Origin: an uncultured Gemmatimonadales bacterium
GTDB lineage: Bacteria > Gemmatimonadota > Gemmatimonadetes > Gemmatimonadales > GWC2-71-9
Direction of reading: 5' to 3'
DNA length: 64,000 nucleotides
NCBI GenBank assembly: GCA_963795085.1
Contig: CAWCFX010000004.1
Span: 352,001-416,000, forward strand
The notes beneath the pieces were generated by a model, which was given only the letters and a program-made list of their open reading frames with translations, made no database searches and was not told where the DNA came from. Positions 22,431 through 30,851 of this stretch are shown here, one piece after another. Within the stretch, counting starts at the first letter, position 1; each line of letters begins with the position of its first letter. Position numbers and translations under genes: made by a program.

Positions 22431-22820
22431 GTGCGTAGAAGACCACCCAGGAAACGTACCTCGCAGGGCAGTTCCTCATCGTTCCAGCGGTCTCCCGGCC
22501 GGTCCCTCCAATCCCATAGAGAGTGGCTCCTCGAGCGCCATGGCCCGGTCTGCGCCTATTGCGGCAAGACCACCTCGCCCGAAGTGATCACCCTGGACCA
22601 CGTCCGGCCGCGCCGCGGCCAGACCGCCTATGACCGTCCGGACAACCTGGTTTTGGCCTGCATTCCCTGCAATGCCGCCAAGGCCGATTCACCCCTCCTC
22701 GCCTTCCTGCTGCAGCAGCGGGCCCGGGGCGTGTACCTCCTTCACTATGGCGACCACCTGTCCGATCCGCTGAAAGACCTGGCGCGGCAGGCGTCGGAAC
22801 GGCCGCTTCTCGAGGCGTAA
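22431..22820 (+). CDS. Small Zn-binding HNH endonuclease
   Basis: CAYCG, TLDHVRP, NLVLACIPCNAAK. Confidence 0.88.
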   Translation: MRRRPPRKRTSQGSSSSFQRSPGRSLQSHREWLLERHGPVCAYCGKTTSPEVITLDHVRPRRGQTAYDRPDNLVLACIPCNAAKADSPLLAFLLQQRARGVYLLHYGDHLSDPLKDLARQASERPLLEA

Positions 22821-22828
22821 CTGAACGG

Positions 22829-22927
22829 GGCGGTAGAACAGAAGGCGGTAGACAAGCCGCGGTGGAAAGAGGGCGGCAGAAAACAAAGGCGGTAGGTAAG
22901 AGGGCGGTAGGAAGACATAGGGCGGAG
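22829..22927 (+). repeat. About 15-nt periodic GGCGG(T/C)AG repeats with A-rich linkers
   Basis: Cores at about 22829, 22844, 22859, 22873, 22888, 22903, 22921. Confidence 0.75.
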
Positions 22928-22958
22928 ATCCGGGGGAACCAGGATTCCGCCCTTTTTT
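22920..22958 (+). terminator. Intrinsic terminator
   Basis: GGGCGGA-GATCC...GGATTCCGCCC stem followed by TTTTTT. Confidence 0.75.
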
Positions 22959-23003
22959 CTGTTCCTTAGTCCCGGGGTGGCGTGGGTCCGCCTCCCCGCC
23001 CGC

Positions 23004-26000
23004 CTACTTCTTCCGCGCCTTTGACGCCGGCCCGGCCCCTTCCAGCGCATCCGCCACGATCCGTTTCTGCTCCTGCTGGTGCGCCTGGGGATAGCCCTCC
23101 GCCGGGCTCGCCCGCTCCGGCCGCCCGGCGTAGCGCAGCGTAACGCCGGGCGGCATCACGTCACGGAGTTTTTCCTCGATGTAGCGCCAGGCGCCCATGT
23201 TCTTCGGCTCCTCCTGGGCCCACACCAGCTCCTTCATCGCCGCATAGCGGCCGAGGATCTCGCGCATCTCGGGGGCGGGGAAGGGGTAGAGCTGCTCCAC
23301 CCGCACGATCGCGGGGCGCTTCTCCCCCAGCTTCTCCGTCTCCGCCAGCAGTTCGTAGTAGATCTTGCCGGAGCAGAGGACCACCCGGCTCACCACGGTG
23401 GTCTCCCCTTGGAAATGCGGGTCGTCCATTACCGGGTGGAAGCCACCCGTGGCCAGGTCATCCAGCGTCGAGGTGGCCTGGGGATGCCGGAGCAGGCTCT
23501 TCGGCGTCATGATGATCAGCGGACGCTGCCGGTGGACCCGCGCCTGGCGGCGGAGCAGGTGGAAGTACTGCCCCGGCGTGGTGCAGTTGGCCACCCGGAT
23601 GTTGCCTTCCGCCGCCAGCTGGAGAAACCGTTCCAGCCGGGCGCTGGAGTGTTCCGGCCCCTGGCCCTCGTACCCGTGCGGCAGGAGCAGCGTAAGCCGG
23701 GTGGTGACGCCCCACTTGCTGAGGCTCGAGGCGATGAACTGGTCCACCATCACCTGGGCCCCGTTGATGAAGTCGCCGAACTGCGCCTCCCACAGCACCA
23801 GCACCTCCTGGGCGGCGGCGCTGTAGCCATACTCGAACCCGATGGTGGCCAGCTCGCTGAGCGGGCTGTTGTACACCTCGAAGGGCGCCTGCGCCCCCGG
23901 CAGCCGCTGCATGGGTATCAGCTTCTGGCCGGTGGCCACGTCGTGCAGCGCCAGGTGGCGCTGGCTGAAGGTGCCCCGCTCGGTGTCCTGCCCGGTGAGC
24001 CGGATCGGCGTCCCCTCCACCAGCACCGACGCAAACGCCAGCGCCTCGGCGTGGGCCCAGTCGATGCCGCCCTTGTCGCCCGCCGCCGCGCGGCGCCGCT
24101 CCAGCTGCTTCCCGAGCTTGGGATTGACCTGGAATCCCTCCGGCCAGGTCAGCAGCTGGTCGTTGAGCGCGCGGAGCAGGTCGGCCGGCACGGCGGTCTC
24201 GATGTCCATGCCCGGCGTCCGGGATGACTTGGACGACTCGGCCGGCTCGGCGGTGCTGCGGGCCGCCTTGTAGGACTGCTGCACGTCGGTGAGCCGCTGG
24301 TACGCCGCGTCGTAGGATGCCTTCGCCTGCTCCGCGGACACGACGCCCTCGTTCGTGAGCTGGGCGGCGTAGAGTTCCCACACGGTCTCGTGGTCCCGGA
24401 TCCGGCTGTACATGAGCGGCTGGGTGTAGCTCGGCTCGTCGCCCTCGTTATGGCCATGACGCCGGTAGCCCACCAGGTCAATCAGCGCATCCTCCTGGAA
24501 CTTGTCCCGGTACATCATGGCCAGCCGTACCGCGGCGATGCAGGCCTCCGCGTCGTCGGCGTTGACGTGGATGATGGGGACGTCGAACCCCTTGGCCAGG
24601 TCGCTGGCGTAGCGGGTGGACCGCGCATCCCGCACGTCGGTGGTGAACCCGACCTGGTTGTTGGCGATCAGGTGCAGGGTGCCGCCGGTGCGGTAGCCCG
24701 CCAGCGCGCCCAGGTTAAGCATCTCGGCCACCACGCCCTGGGCGGCGAAGGCGGCGTCGCCGTGGATCACCACGGGGAGCGAGACGGTGGGGTCGTGGAT
24801 CGCTTCGCGGCCCCGGCACTGGGTCTGGGTGGCGCGGGCCCGGCCATCCACCACCGGCCCCACGAATTCGAGGTGGCTCGGGTTGGCCGCCAGCGCCACG
24901 GTCACCGCGTGCCCCTTGGTAGTGCGGTAAGCCCCCTCCGCGCCGTGATGGTATTTCACGTCGCCGGTGCCGTCCTCACTGTGCTGGCCGGTCTCCTCGA
25001 CGGGCCGGCTGCCCTCGAACTCGGCGAAGATGGCCTGGTAGCTCTTGCCCACCGTGTGGGCCAGCACGTTGAGCCGGCCCCGGTGCGCCATGCCGATGAC
25101 CACCTCGCGGGCGCCGGTATCGGCGGCGCCTTCGATCACGTGGTCCAGCATGGGGACCATGATGTCGAGCCCCTCGATGGAGAACCGCTTCTGGCCGAGA
25201 TAGGCCTTGTGCAGGAAATTCTCGAAGACCTGCACCTGGGTGAGCCGCTGCAGCAGGGTCTGCTTTTCTTCGGGGGTGAGCGGGGTGCGGTGGGCTCCCG
25301 ACTCGATCATCTGGCGGAGCCAGACCCGCTCCTCGTGGCTGGCGATGTGTTCCACCTCGTACGCGATGGTGCCGCAGTATGTCGCCTTGAGGTGGGGCAG
25401 GGCATCGAACAGGGTCTCGCCCGGTACCGCGATGCGGAGCACGCTGGACGGAATCGTCTTCATCACCTCGGGCGTGAGCCCCAGCGGTTCCGGGTTGAGT
25501 GCCGGATCTCCGGTGGGCTCGCTACCCAGCGGGTCGAGCCGGGCGGCCAGGTGGCCGTGGGTCCGGTGGGCCTTGACCAGCGCCATCGCGGCGGCGACGT
25601 GGGCCAGGTCGTCTACCGACCGGCGGGCCAGGCTGCCGGCCCCGGCCGCGAGCGTCGAGGGAGCCGCCTCTTTCCGACGCTCCGGGACCTTGAGGCCGAG
25701 GCTGGTAAATATCTGTTCGTAGAAGCCCTCCTCGCCCTGGAGCAGCAGGTCCACCGTGCGGAGGAACTCGCCTGACTCGGCACCCTGGATCACCCGGTGA
25801 TCGTAGGTGCTGGTCATCGTCATGACCTTGGAGAGGCCGAGGTCCCGGATGCGTTCAGGCGGGGTGGTGCTGAACTCGGGGGGATAGATGATCGAGCCGA
25901 CCGCGATGATGCTGCCCTGGCCGGCCATCAGCCGGGGGACCGAGGCGCTGGTACCCAGCCCGCCCGGGTTGGTCAGCGTCATGGTGCCGCCGGCGTAGGC

Positions 26001-26687
26001 GTCCGGCATCAGCTTGTTGTTGCGCGCCTTGTCCACCAGCGATTCGTAGGTGGCCAGGAAGCCGGCGAAGTCCATGGCGTCGGCCCCGTGGATCACGGGG
26101 ACGACCAGCCCGCGGCTGCCGTCCTTCCGCTCGACGTCCACCGCGAGGCCGAGGTTGACCTGAGTGGTGTCTATACGGTGGGGCGCGCCATCCACGTCGG
26201 CATAGGTGGAGCACATCATCGGGTGGCGCTTGCCGGCCAGGGCCAGGGCGTACCCGATCAGGTGGGTGAACGAGATCTTCTCCGTGCGGTTGGCTGTCTT
26301 GAGGGCGTTGTTGAGGTCCTTCCGCCGGCTGTCCAGGGTGGCGACGGCCAGCTCGCGGAAGCTCGTGGCGGTGGGGACCTTGAGGCTCTCGTTCATGTTG
26401 GCCGCGAGCCGGGCGGCGGGGCCCTTGATCAGGGTGGCGCCAGCGGGCGGTTCGGCGGAGGCGGTCCCGGGAATAGCCGCGGGGGGTGAAGCGACTGGAG
26501 CGGCGGCCGGCGCGGCGTGGCCGGCGGCGCCGGCGCCGTTCCCCTCGTACCCAGGGTGCTCCCCGACCACGCCGCTTTCGAACAGGCGACGCCATTCGAG
26601 GCTCACCGCCTGGGGGTCGCGGAGGTATTCCTCGTAGATCGCCTGGGCAAACCCGGCATTGGCGGTTTCGAAGACGTTAGGGTCCAC
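23004..26687 (-). CDS. sucA: Multifunctional 2-oxoglutarate dehydrogenase E1 with fused E2 catalytic domain (Kgd/OdhA type)
   Basis: TYDHRVIQGA acyltransferase motif; GMAHRGRLN, HGDAAF, WEAQFGDF, PHGYEGQGPEHSS E1o motifs. Confidence 0.95.
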   Translation of the reverse strand: MDPNVFETANAGFAQAIYEEYLRDPQAVSLEWRRLFESGVVGEHPGYEGNGAGAAGHAAPAAAPVASPPAAIPGTASAEPPAGATLIKGPAARLAANMNESLKVPTATSFRELAVATLDSRRKDLNNALKTANRTEKISFTHLIGYALALAGKRHPMMCSTYADVDGAPHRIDTTQVNLGLAVDVERKDGSRGLVVPVIHGADAMDFAGFLATYESLVDKARNNKLMPDAYAGGTMTLTNPGGLGTSASVPRLMAGQGSIIAVGSIIYPPEFSTTPPERIRDLGLSKVMTMTSTYDHRVIQGAESGEFLRTVDLLLQGEEGFYEQIFTSLGLKVPERRKEAAPSTLAAGAGSLARRSVDDLAHVAAAMALVKAHRTHGHLAARLDPLGSEPTGDPALNPEPLGLTPEVMKTIPSSVLRIAVPGETLFDALPHLKATYCGTIAYEVEHIASHEERVWLRQMIESGAHRTPLTPEEKQTLLQRLTQVQVFENFLHKAYLGQKRFSIEGLDIMVPMLDHVIEGAADTGAREVVIGMAHRGRLNVLAHTVGKSYQAIFAEFEGSRPVEETGQHSEDGTGDVKYHHGAEGAYRTTKGHAVTVALAANPSHLEFVGPVVDGRARATQTQCRGREAIHDPTVSLPVVIHGDAAFAAQGVVAEMLNLGALAGYRTGGTLHLIANNQVGFTTDVRDARSTRYASDLAKGFDVPIIHVNADDAEACIAAVRLAMMYRDKFQEDALIDLVGYRRHGHNEGDEPSYTQPLMYSRIRDHETVWELYAAQLTNEGVVSAEQAKASYDAAYQRLTDVQQSYKAARSTAEPAESSKSSRTPGMDIETAVPADLLRALNDQLLTWPEGFQVNPKLGKQLERRRAAAGDKGGIDWAHAEALAFASVLVEGTPIRLTGQDTERGTFSQRHLALHDVATGQKLIPMQRLPGAQAPFEVYNSPLSELATIGFEYGYSAAAQEVLVLWEAQFGDFINGAQVMVDQFIASSLSKWGVTTRLTLLLPHGYEGQGPEHSSARLERFLQLAAEGNIRVANCTTPGQYFHLLRRQARVHRQRPLIIMTPKSLLRHPQATSTLDDLATGGFHPVMDDPHFQGETTVVSRVVLCSGKIYYELLAETEKLGEKRPAIVRVEQLYPFPAPEMREILGRYAAMKELVWAQEEPKNMGAWRYIEEKLRDVMPPGVTLRYAGRPERASPAEGYPQAHQQEQKRIVADALEGAGPASKARKK

Positions 26688-26883
26688 AACTCACTCCGGC
26701 ACAACGGATTGGAAGGATAGAGCCGACCTCGAAAGATAATGGATCGGCAGCCGGCGTGTGGCCCCGCGAAGGTCCTGCGTCAAAGGAAGAGCTTCACGCC
26801 CTTGCGGGATTGCGGCCGATCCCTGAATGTCTGTCATCGACCCAAGAGGCGACTGGACAGATTACCCCTAAGGAGCACGTCAC

Positions 26884-27873
26884 ATGCGCCGATCGATCGC
26901 CGTGATTCTTTTCGTTTCCGGGTCCGCCCTGGCCTGCGGTGGGTCAGATTCGGGCCCCAATCCCCCCGCGACCAGCGTCCTCGCGGTATCCGCCGGGAAT
27001 AACCAGATCGCCCCGGTCAACACGCTGCTGGCCAATCCGCTGTGCGCGGTCGTCACTTCCGGCGGGTCCGCCAAGGCCGATGTCACCGTGAACTGGTCGT
27101 CCACCACCGCCGGGGTGGCGGCGGCCAGCAGTATAAGCGGTTCCGGTGGCGTGGCCTGTACCGACGTCACCACCGGGACCGCCGCCGGGACCCAGACGGT
27201 CCAGGCCGCAGTTTCCGGTGCCACCGGGTCCCCGGTGACGTTCAGCATTTCGGCCGTGGCGGGAGCCGCATTCTCTATTACCGGGGCCGGCGGCGACAAC
27301 CAGTCCGCGTCGATCAGCACGGTACTGCCTCTGCCCCTCACGGTGCTAATCGCCGACCAGTTCGGCAACCCGGTCCAGAACGCCCAGGTGGGCTGGTCGG
27401 TGATCTCCGGCTCGGCGACGGTGGCCCCGCCCTTCGCCACAACCCTGGCGACCGGTATCGCCTCCACGACGGTGACCCTGGGCGGCACGGCGGGCCCCAT
27501 CGTGATCAATGCCACCTCGTCGGGCCTCAACGGATCGCCGCTGCGTTTCGACGCCACCGCGACGGTGCCCCCGCCGCTCCCCACCGCCATCACCATCACG
27601 GTGCAAAACAATTCCTTCTCGCCGGCGGTGGACACCGTCGCGGCCGGCGGAACGGTGACCTGGGACTGGGCCAACACGGCCGGTGTGCAGCATAGTGTGA
27701 CTTCGACGTCTAACCCGACATTTACCAGCGATCCAGCCGGACTCACCGCGAGTCCCCACAGCTACGGCCCGATCACGTTCAGTACGCCGGGGACCTACTT
27801 CTACTATTGCGAGGTTCACGGGGCGCCGGGAAGCCCGCCGACCGGAATGAGCGGGCGGATCGTGGTCCAGTGA
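26884..27873 (+). CDS. Lipoprotein with Ig-like domains and C-terminal cupredoxin domain
   Basis: Lipobox ALAC; DQFGNPV Ig motif; QHSV...YYCEVH...GM type-1 Cu ligands. Confidence 0.8.
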   Translation: MRRSIAVILFVSGSALACGGSDSGPNPPATSVLAVSAGNNQIAPVNTLLANPLCAVVTSGGSAKADVTVNWSSTTAGVAAASSISGSGGVACTDVTTGTAAGTQTVQAAVSGATGSPVTFSISAVAGAAFSITGAGGDNQSASISTVLPLPLTVLIADQFGNPVQNAQVGWSVISGSATVAPPFATTLATGIASTTVTLGGTAGPIVINATSSGLNGSPLRFDATATVPPPLPTAITITVQNNSFSPAVDTVAAGGTVTWDWANTAGVQHSVTSTSNPTFTSDPAGLTASPHSYGPITFSTPGTYFYYCEVHGAPGSPPTGMSGRIVVQ

Positions 27874-27937
27874 TCAGATGGCGGATCGCTGGTTGGAAGC
27901 AAATCCTTTGGCCTTCACCGATGTTCACCGATTGAGA

Positions 27938-28645
27938 ATGAACATGCGACCATTTCTTCTGGCACCTTTGGCATTTGCGCTGGCCTGTTCGAGCCCCGAT
28001 GCGCTGCATCCGAACCCGGGTCCCGTGGACAGTGTCACACCGCCGCTAACCGGGCTGGAACTGGATTGGCCGAGGGCGTCCGGGACCGGGCAGGAAGTGG
28101 AGGTGACCCAGCCCGCGCAGGAGCCGCTGGCTGTCCTGGTGCGGGTGGACGGACTGCCGACGGCGGGAATTCCCGTGCGATGGATCAGCTGCTGCGGCTC
28201 CGCCATGGAGCCGGAGGTCGCCATCACTGACATCTACGGCGTCGCGAAAAGCAGTTTCCGCGCCGGGACCCAGGCGATGACGGGGCAAGTGGTCACCGCC
28301 ACCGTGGCTGACAAGTCTCTGGATTATCAGGTCAACGTGCTGGCCGGACCCGTTGCGGCGCTAGGGAAGGTGACATCGGTCCCGGACTCGGTCCCGGTGG
28401 GCGCGAACATCCAACTAACGGTCGTGGCGTTGGACCAGTACGGGAACCGAGCCGGGTCCCACCCCGTGCTGTGGCGGGTGACAGTGACCGGCGAGGCGCT
28501 GGCGCTGTTCAGCGCCCAGACGTCGGCCTCTGGTACGTCGACGCTGTGGGTCCGCCCGGACGCGCCGGGGAAGCAGGTGGACGCCTTCGTTCAGCTTGAT
28601 GGCACCAGCATCGCGCCGGTAACGTTTCACACGAAGTCGTTCTAG
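27938..28645 (+). CDS. Ig-like domain lipoprotein
   Basis: Lipobox ALAC; DQYGN; no Cu ligands. Confidence 0.7.
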   Translation: MNMRPFLLAPLAFALACSSPDALHPNPGPVDSVTPPLTGLELDWPRASGTGQEVEVTQPAQEPLAVLVRVDGLPTAGIPVRWISCCGSAMEPEVAITDIYGVAKSSFRAGTQAMTGQVVTATVADKSLDYQVNVLAGPVAALGKVTSVPDSVPVGANIQLTVVALDQYGNRAGSHPVLWRVTVTGEALALFSAQTSASGTSTLWVRPDAPGKQVDAFVQLDGTSIAPVTFHTKSF

Positions 28646-29083
28646 AGGGGAACGAAGAAGTCGTCCCAGATGGGAATGGCCATTCGGGGAAGACTTCGTG
28701 ATGAACGTGGAGGCTGGTAGTGCTTCATCACGAAGGCACGAAAAGCCGGGAAGGCTGGATGGCGCTGCATGACTGCCCTGCCTGTTCACCAGAGCTCGAG
28801 GCATCATGGAAGAGACGACAAGCTCTTCTTCTTGTTCTTTCTAGATTCGTGACCAGGCAGAGCCCGCGTCCGGTCCAGGTTTCGGACCGGAAGGATGGAG
28901 CCAGGGGCCAGAGCCGGGGATCCCGGGGCTGGGACGGCTAGTCTCGAAAACAGGAAAACTGAAAAGACAACTACCGGCCTGAGAAGGATTTCCCAACATA
29001 TTTTCTTGGGTTCGTTCGTGTTTCATGACACCTCAGGGCCCGCGTCCAGTACCCTTTTGTGGGTCGCACAACGGTAGACTGAT

Positions 29084-30055
29084 ATGGGTGCCATCCATCG
29101 ACCTCTTCACCTGGGGCTTCTTCTTCTAGCCATTGCCTGCGGTGGGGGCGATGGGGGCGGCGGTCCCGCTCCCGCCGGGCCGATCCTGGCCAAGTCACCC
29201 ACCTTCAGCGGCGACGGCCAGAGCGGGCCGGTGGCCCAGCCGCTCGCGGATTCCTTCCGCGTGGTGGTAACGACGGGACCCGACCCAGCGGCAGGGGTCT
29301 CCGTAAGCTGGGCGGCCTTCAGCAGCGGTGCCGTGATTTCTCCATCCGCCGCCGTCACCGATGCCCAAGGGCGGGCGGCCGCGAGCATGACGCTCGGTCC
29401 CCGGTCCGGGCCGCAGTCAGCCAGAGCCGCGATAAACGGCAGTTCGGTCACGTTCAGTGTCACCGCCAACCCTGGCTTCCCCACCCAATTGATCGTCCTG
29501 TCCGGCCAGGACCAGGCTGCCCTTACCAGCACGCCCCTGGCCGCCCCTCTCCGCGTCCAGGTGTCGGACCAGTTCGGCAACGTGATCCCAGGCACTCCCG
29601 TAACCTGGTCGGTTGCCAGTGGCAGCGCGTCGGTTTCCCCGGGAACTTCCATCACCGCCGGCGATGGCGTGGCCACCGCGACCGTGCTGGCGGGCAGCGT
29701 GGCAGGGACGATTGCCATCCGGGCCGTTAGCGCAGAGGACACGGCCCAGTTCACCGCGTTCGGGGTGAACCTTGTCAGGGATATCCTGGTGCGGAACAAT
29801 TTCTTCGAGAGCGTACGGAACGGCACCCAGGCCCCGGCCATTGACACGATTCCGGCAGGAGAAGCAGTCCGCTGGATCTGGCAAAGCGCCGCCGTTGATC
29901 ACAACGTGTTGAGTCAGGGGACCGAGAGATTCCCGGGATCACCCATCCGGCAGTCGCCCTTTTCGTTCGGGCCGATCGGGATTTCCACACCCGGGACCTA
30001 TCACTACGAATGCAGTCTGCACACCGGGATGAGCGGGGTGATCGTGGTGCAGTGA
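29084..30055 (+). CDS. Paralogous Ig-like plus cupredoxin lipoprotein
   Basis: Lipobox AIAC; DQFGNV; DHNV...YECSLHTGMSG; ends GMSGVIVVQ, matching GMSGRIVVQ of 26884..27873. Confidence 0.8.
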   Translation: MGAIHRPLHLGLLLLAIACGGGDGGGGPAPAGPILAKSPTFSGDGQSGPVAQPLADSFRVVVTTGPDPAAGVSVSWAAFSSGAVISPSAAVTDAQGRAAASMTLGPRSGPQSARAAINGSSVTFSVTANPGFPTQLIVLSGQDQAALTSTPLAAPLRVQVSDQFGNVIPGTPVTWSVASGSASVSPGTSITAGDGVATATVLAGSVAGTIAIRAVSAEDTAQFTAFGVNLVRDILVRNNFFESVRNGTQAPAIDTIPAGEAVRWIWQSAAVDHNVLSQGTERFPGSPIRQSPFSFGPIGISTPGTYHYECSLHTGMSGVIVVQ

Positions 30056-30149
30056 CACGGCAGATTCCAAATTTTGTGAGTGCAGTCCGGGCAGACACGC
30101 TCCCCTCCGAGATCGGCAGTTTGCGCGTCCGTGGACGCCGAGTCCGTAT

Positions 30150-30187
30150 GTAAAGCAGATTTGAACATCAGGTAAAGCAAGCTTTAC
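30150..30187. promoter_or_regulatory. Palindromic operator GTAAAGC-AA-GCTTTAC plus upstream half-site
   Basis: Perfect 7-2-7 palindrome at 30172-30187; second GTAAAGC at 30150-30156; upstream of a membrane protein-XRE pair. Confidence 0.65.
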
Positions 30188-30218
30188 ATTGCCGGTACCC
30201 CTGACCGGCGCGGATCTC

Positions 30219-30620
30219 ATGGCACAACCCACCCAATCGGCGGTCCCCCTCTTCGGACTCTATCTCCTGGGTGTTGGTGCGGCAGGTGTTGGCAACCTGG
30301 TTTCGCGGCTGGGCGAGCGCGGCGGATGGCTCCCCGGGTGGGGCCGTATCACGGTCGGCATCCTCGCGATCATCCCGCGGGTGGTGGTGGCCATCCTCTT
30401 CTGGCGGATGCTCCGGTCGGAACTGGACGAGATGCTGCAGCGGATCGTGCTCGAGGGCATGGCGTTCGCCCTGGTCCTCTACATTCCGCTGGCTGCGCTT
30501 TATGTCAATCTTCGCACGGCGGGGGCGTGGACGCCGCGGCTGGATCCTCCGGACATCATGATGATCCCCGCTAGCCCGGTCGCGATCGGAGTTGTTTTCG
30601 CGTAGCGCCGCTACCAGTGA
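30219..30620 (+). CDS. Membrane protein partnering the XRE regulator; in-frame TAG five codons before the likely ancestral stop
   Basis: LDEMLQRIVLEG motif and TM helices; TAG 30603, then RRYQ-TGA overlapping the next GTG. Confidence 0.6.
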
Positions 30621-30817
30621 AGAACCGCCTCCCGGTGCTCCGGGCCGAGCGGGGATGGTCGCAGGCGGAGCTGGCCGAACGCCTCGGCGTTTCCCGGCAG
30701 ACGGTCAACGCCCTCGAGCGGGGCAAGTACGATCCCAGTCTTCCGCTCGCCTTCAGGGTGTTCAGGCTGTTCGGAAAGCAGATCGAGGAGGTGTTTGACC
30801 CGGAGGACGAGCGCTGA
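30617..30817 (+). CDS. XRE/Cro-like HTH regulator
   Basis: WSQAELAERLGVSRQTVNALERGKYDPSLPLAF. Confidence 0.93.
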   Translation: MKNRLPVLRAERGWSQAELAERLGVSRQTVNALERGKYDPSLPLAFRVFRLFGKQIEEVFDPEDER

Positions 30818-30851
30818 GCAGACGACGGGAGACCGATGAATCGGCGAATCG

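Noticed and set aside
22431..22820. HNH as IscB/Cas9-like RNA-guided nuclease
   Set aside because: Only 129 aa; no RuvC or PLMP segments and no transposon ends seen
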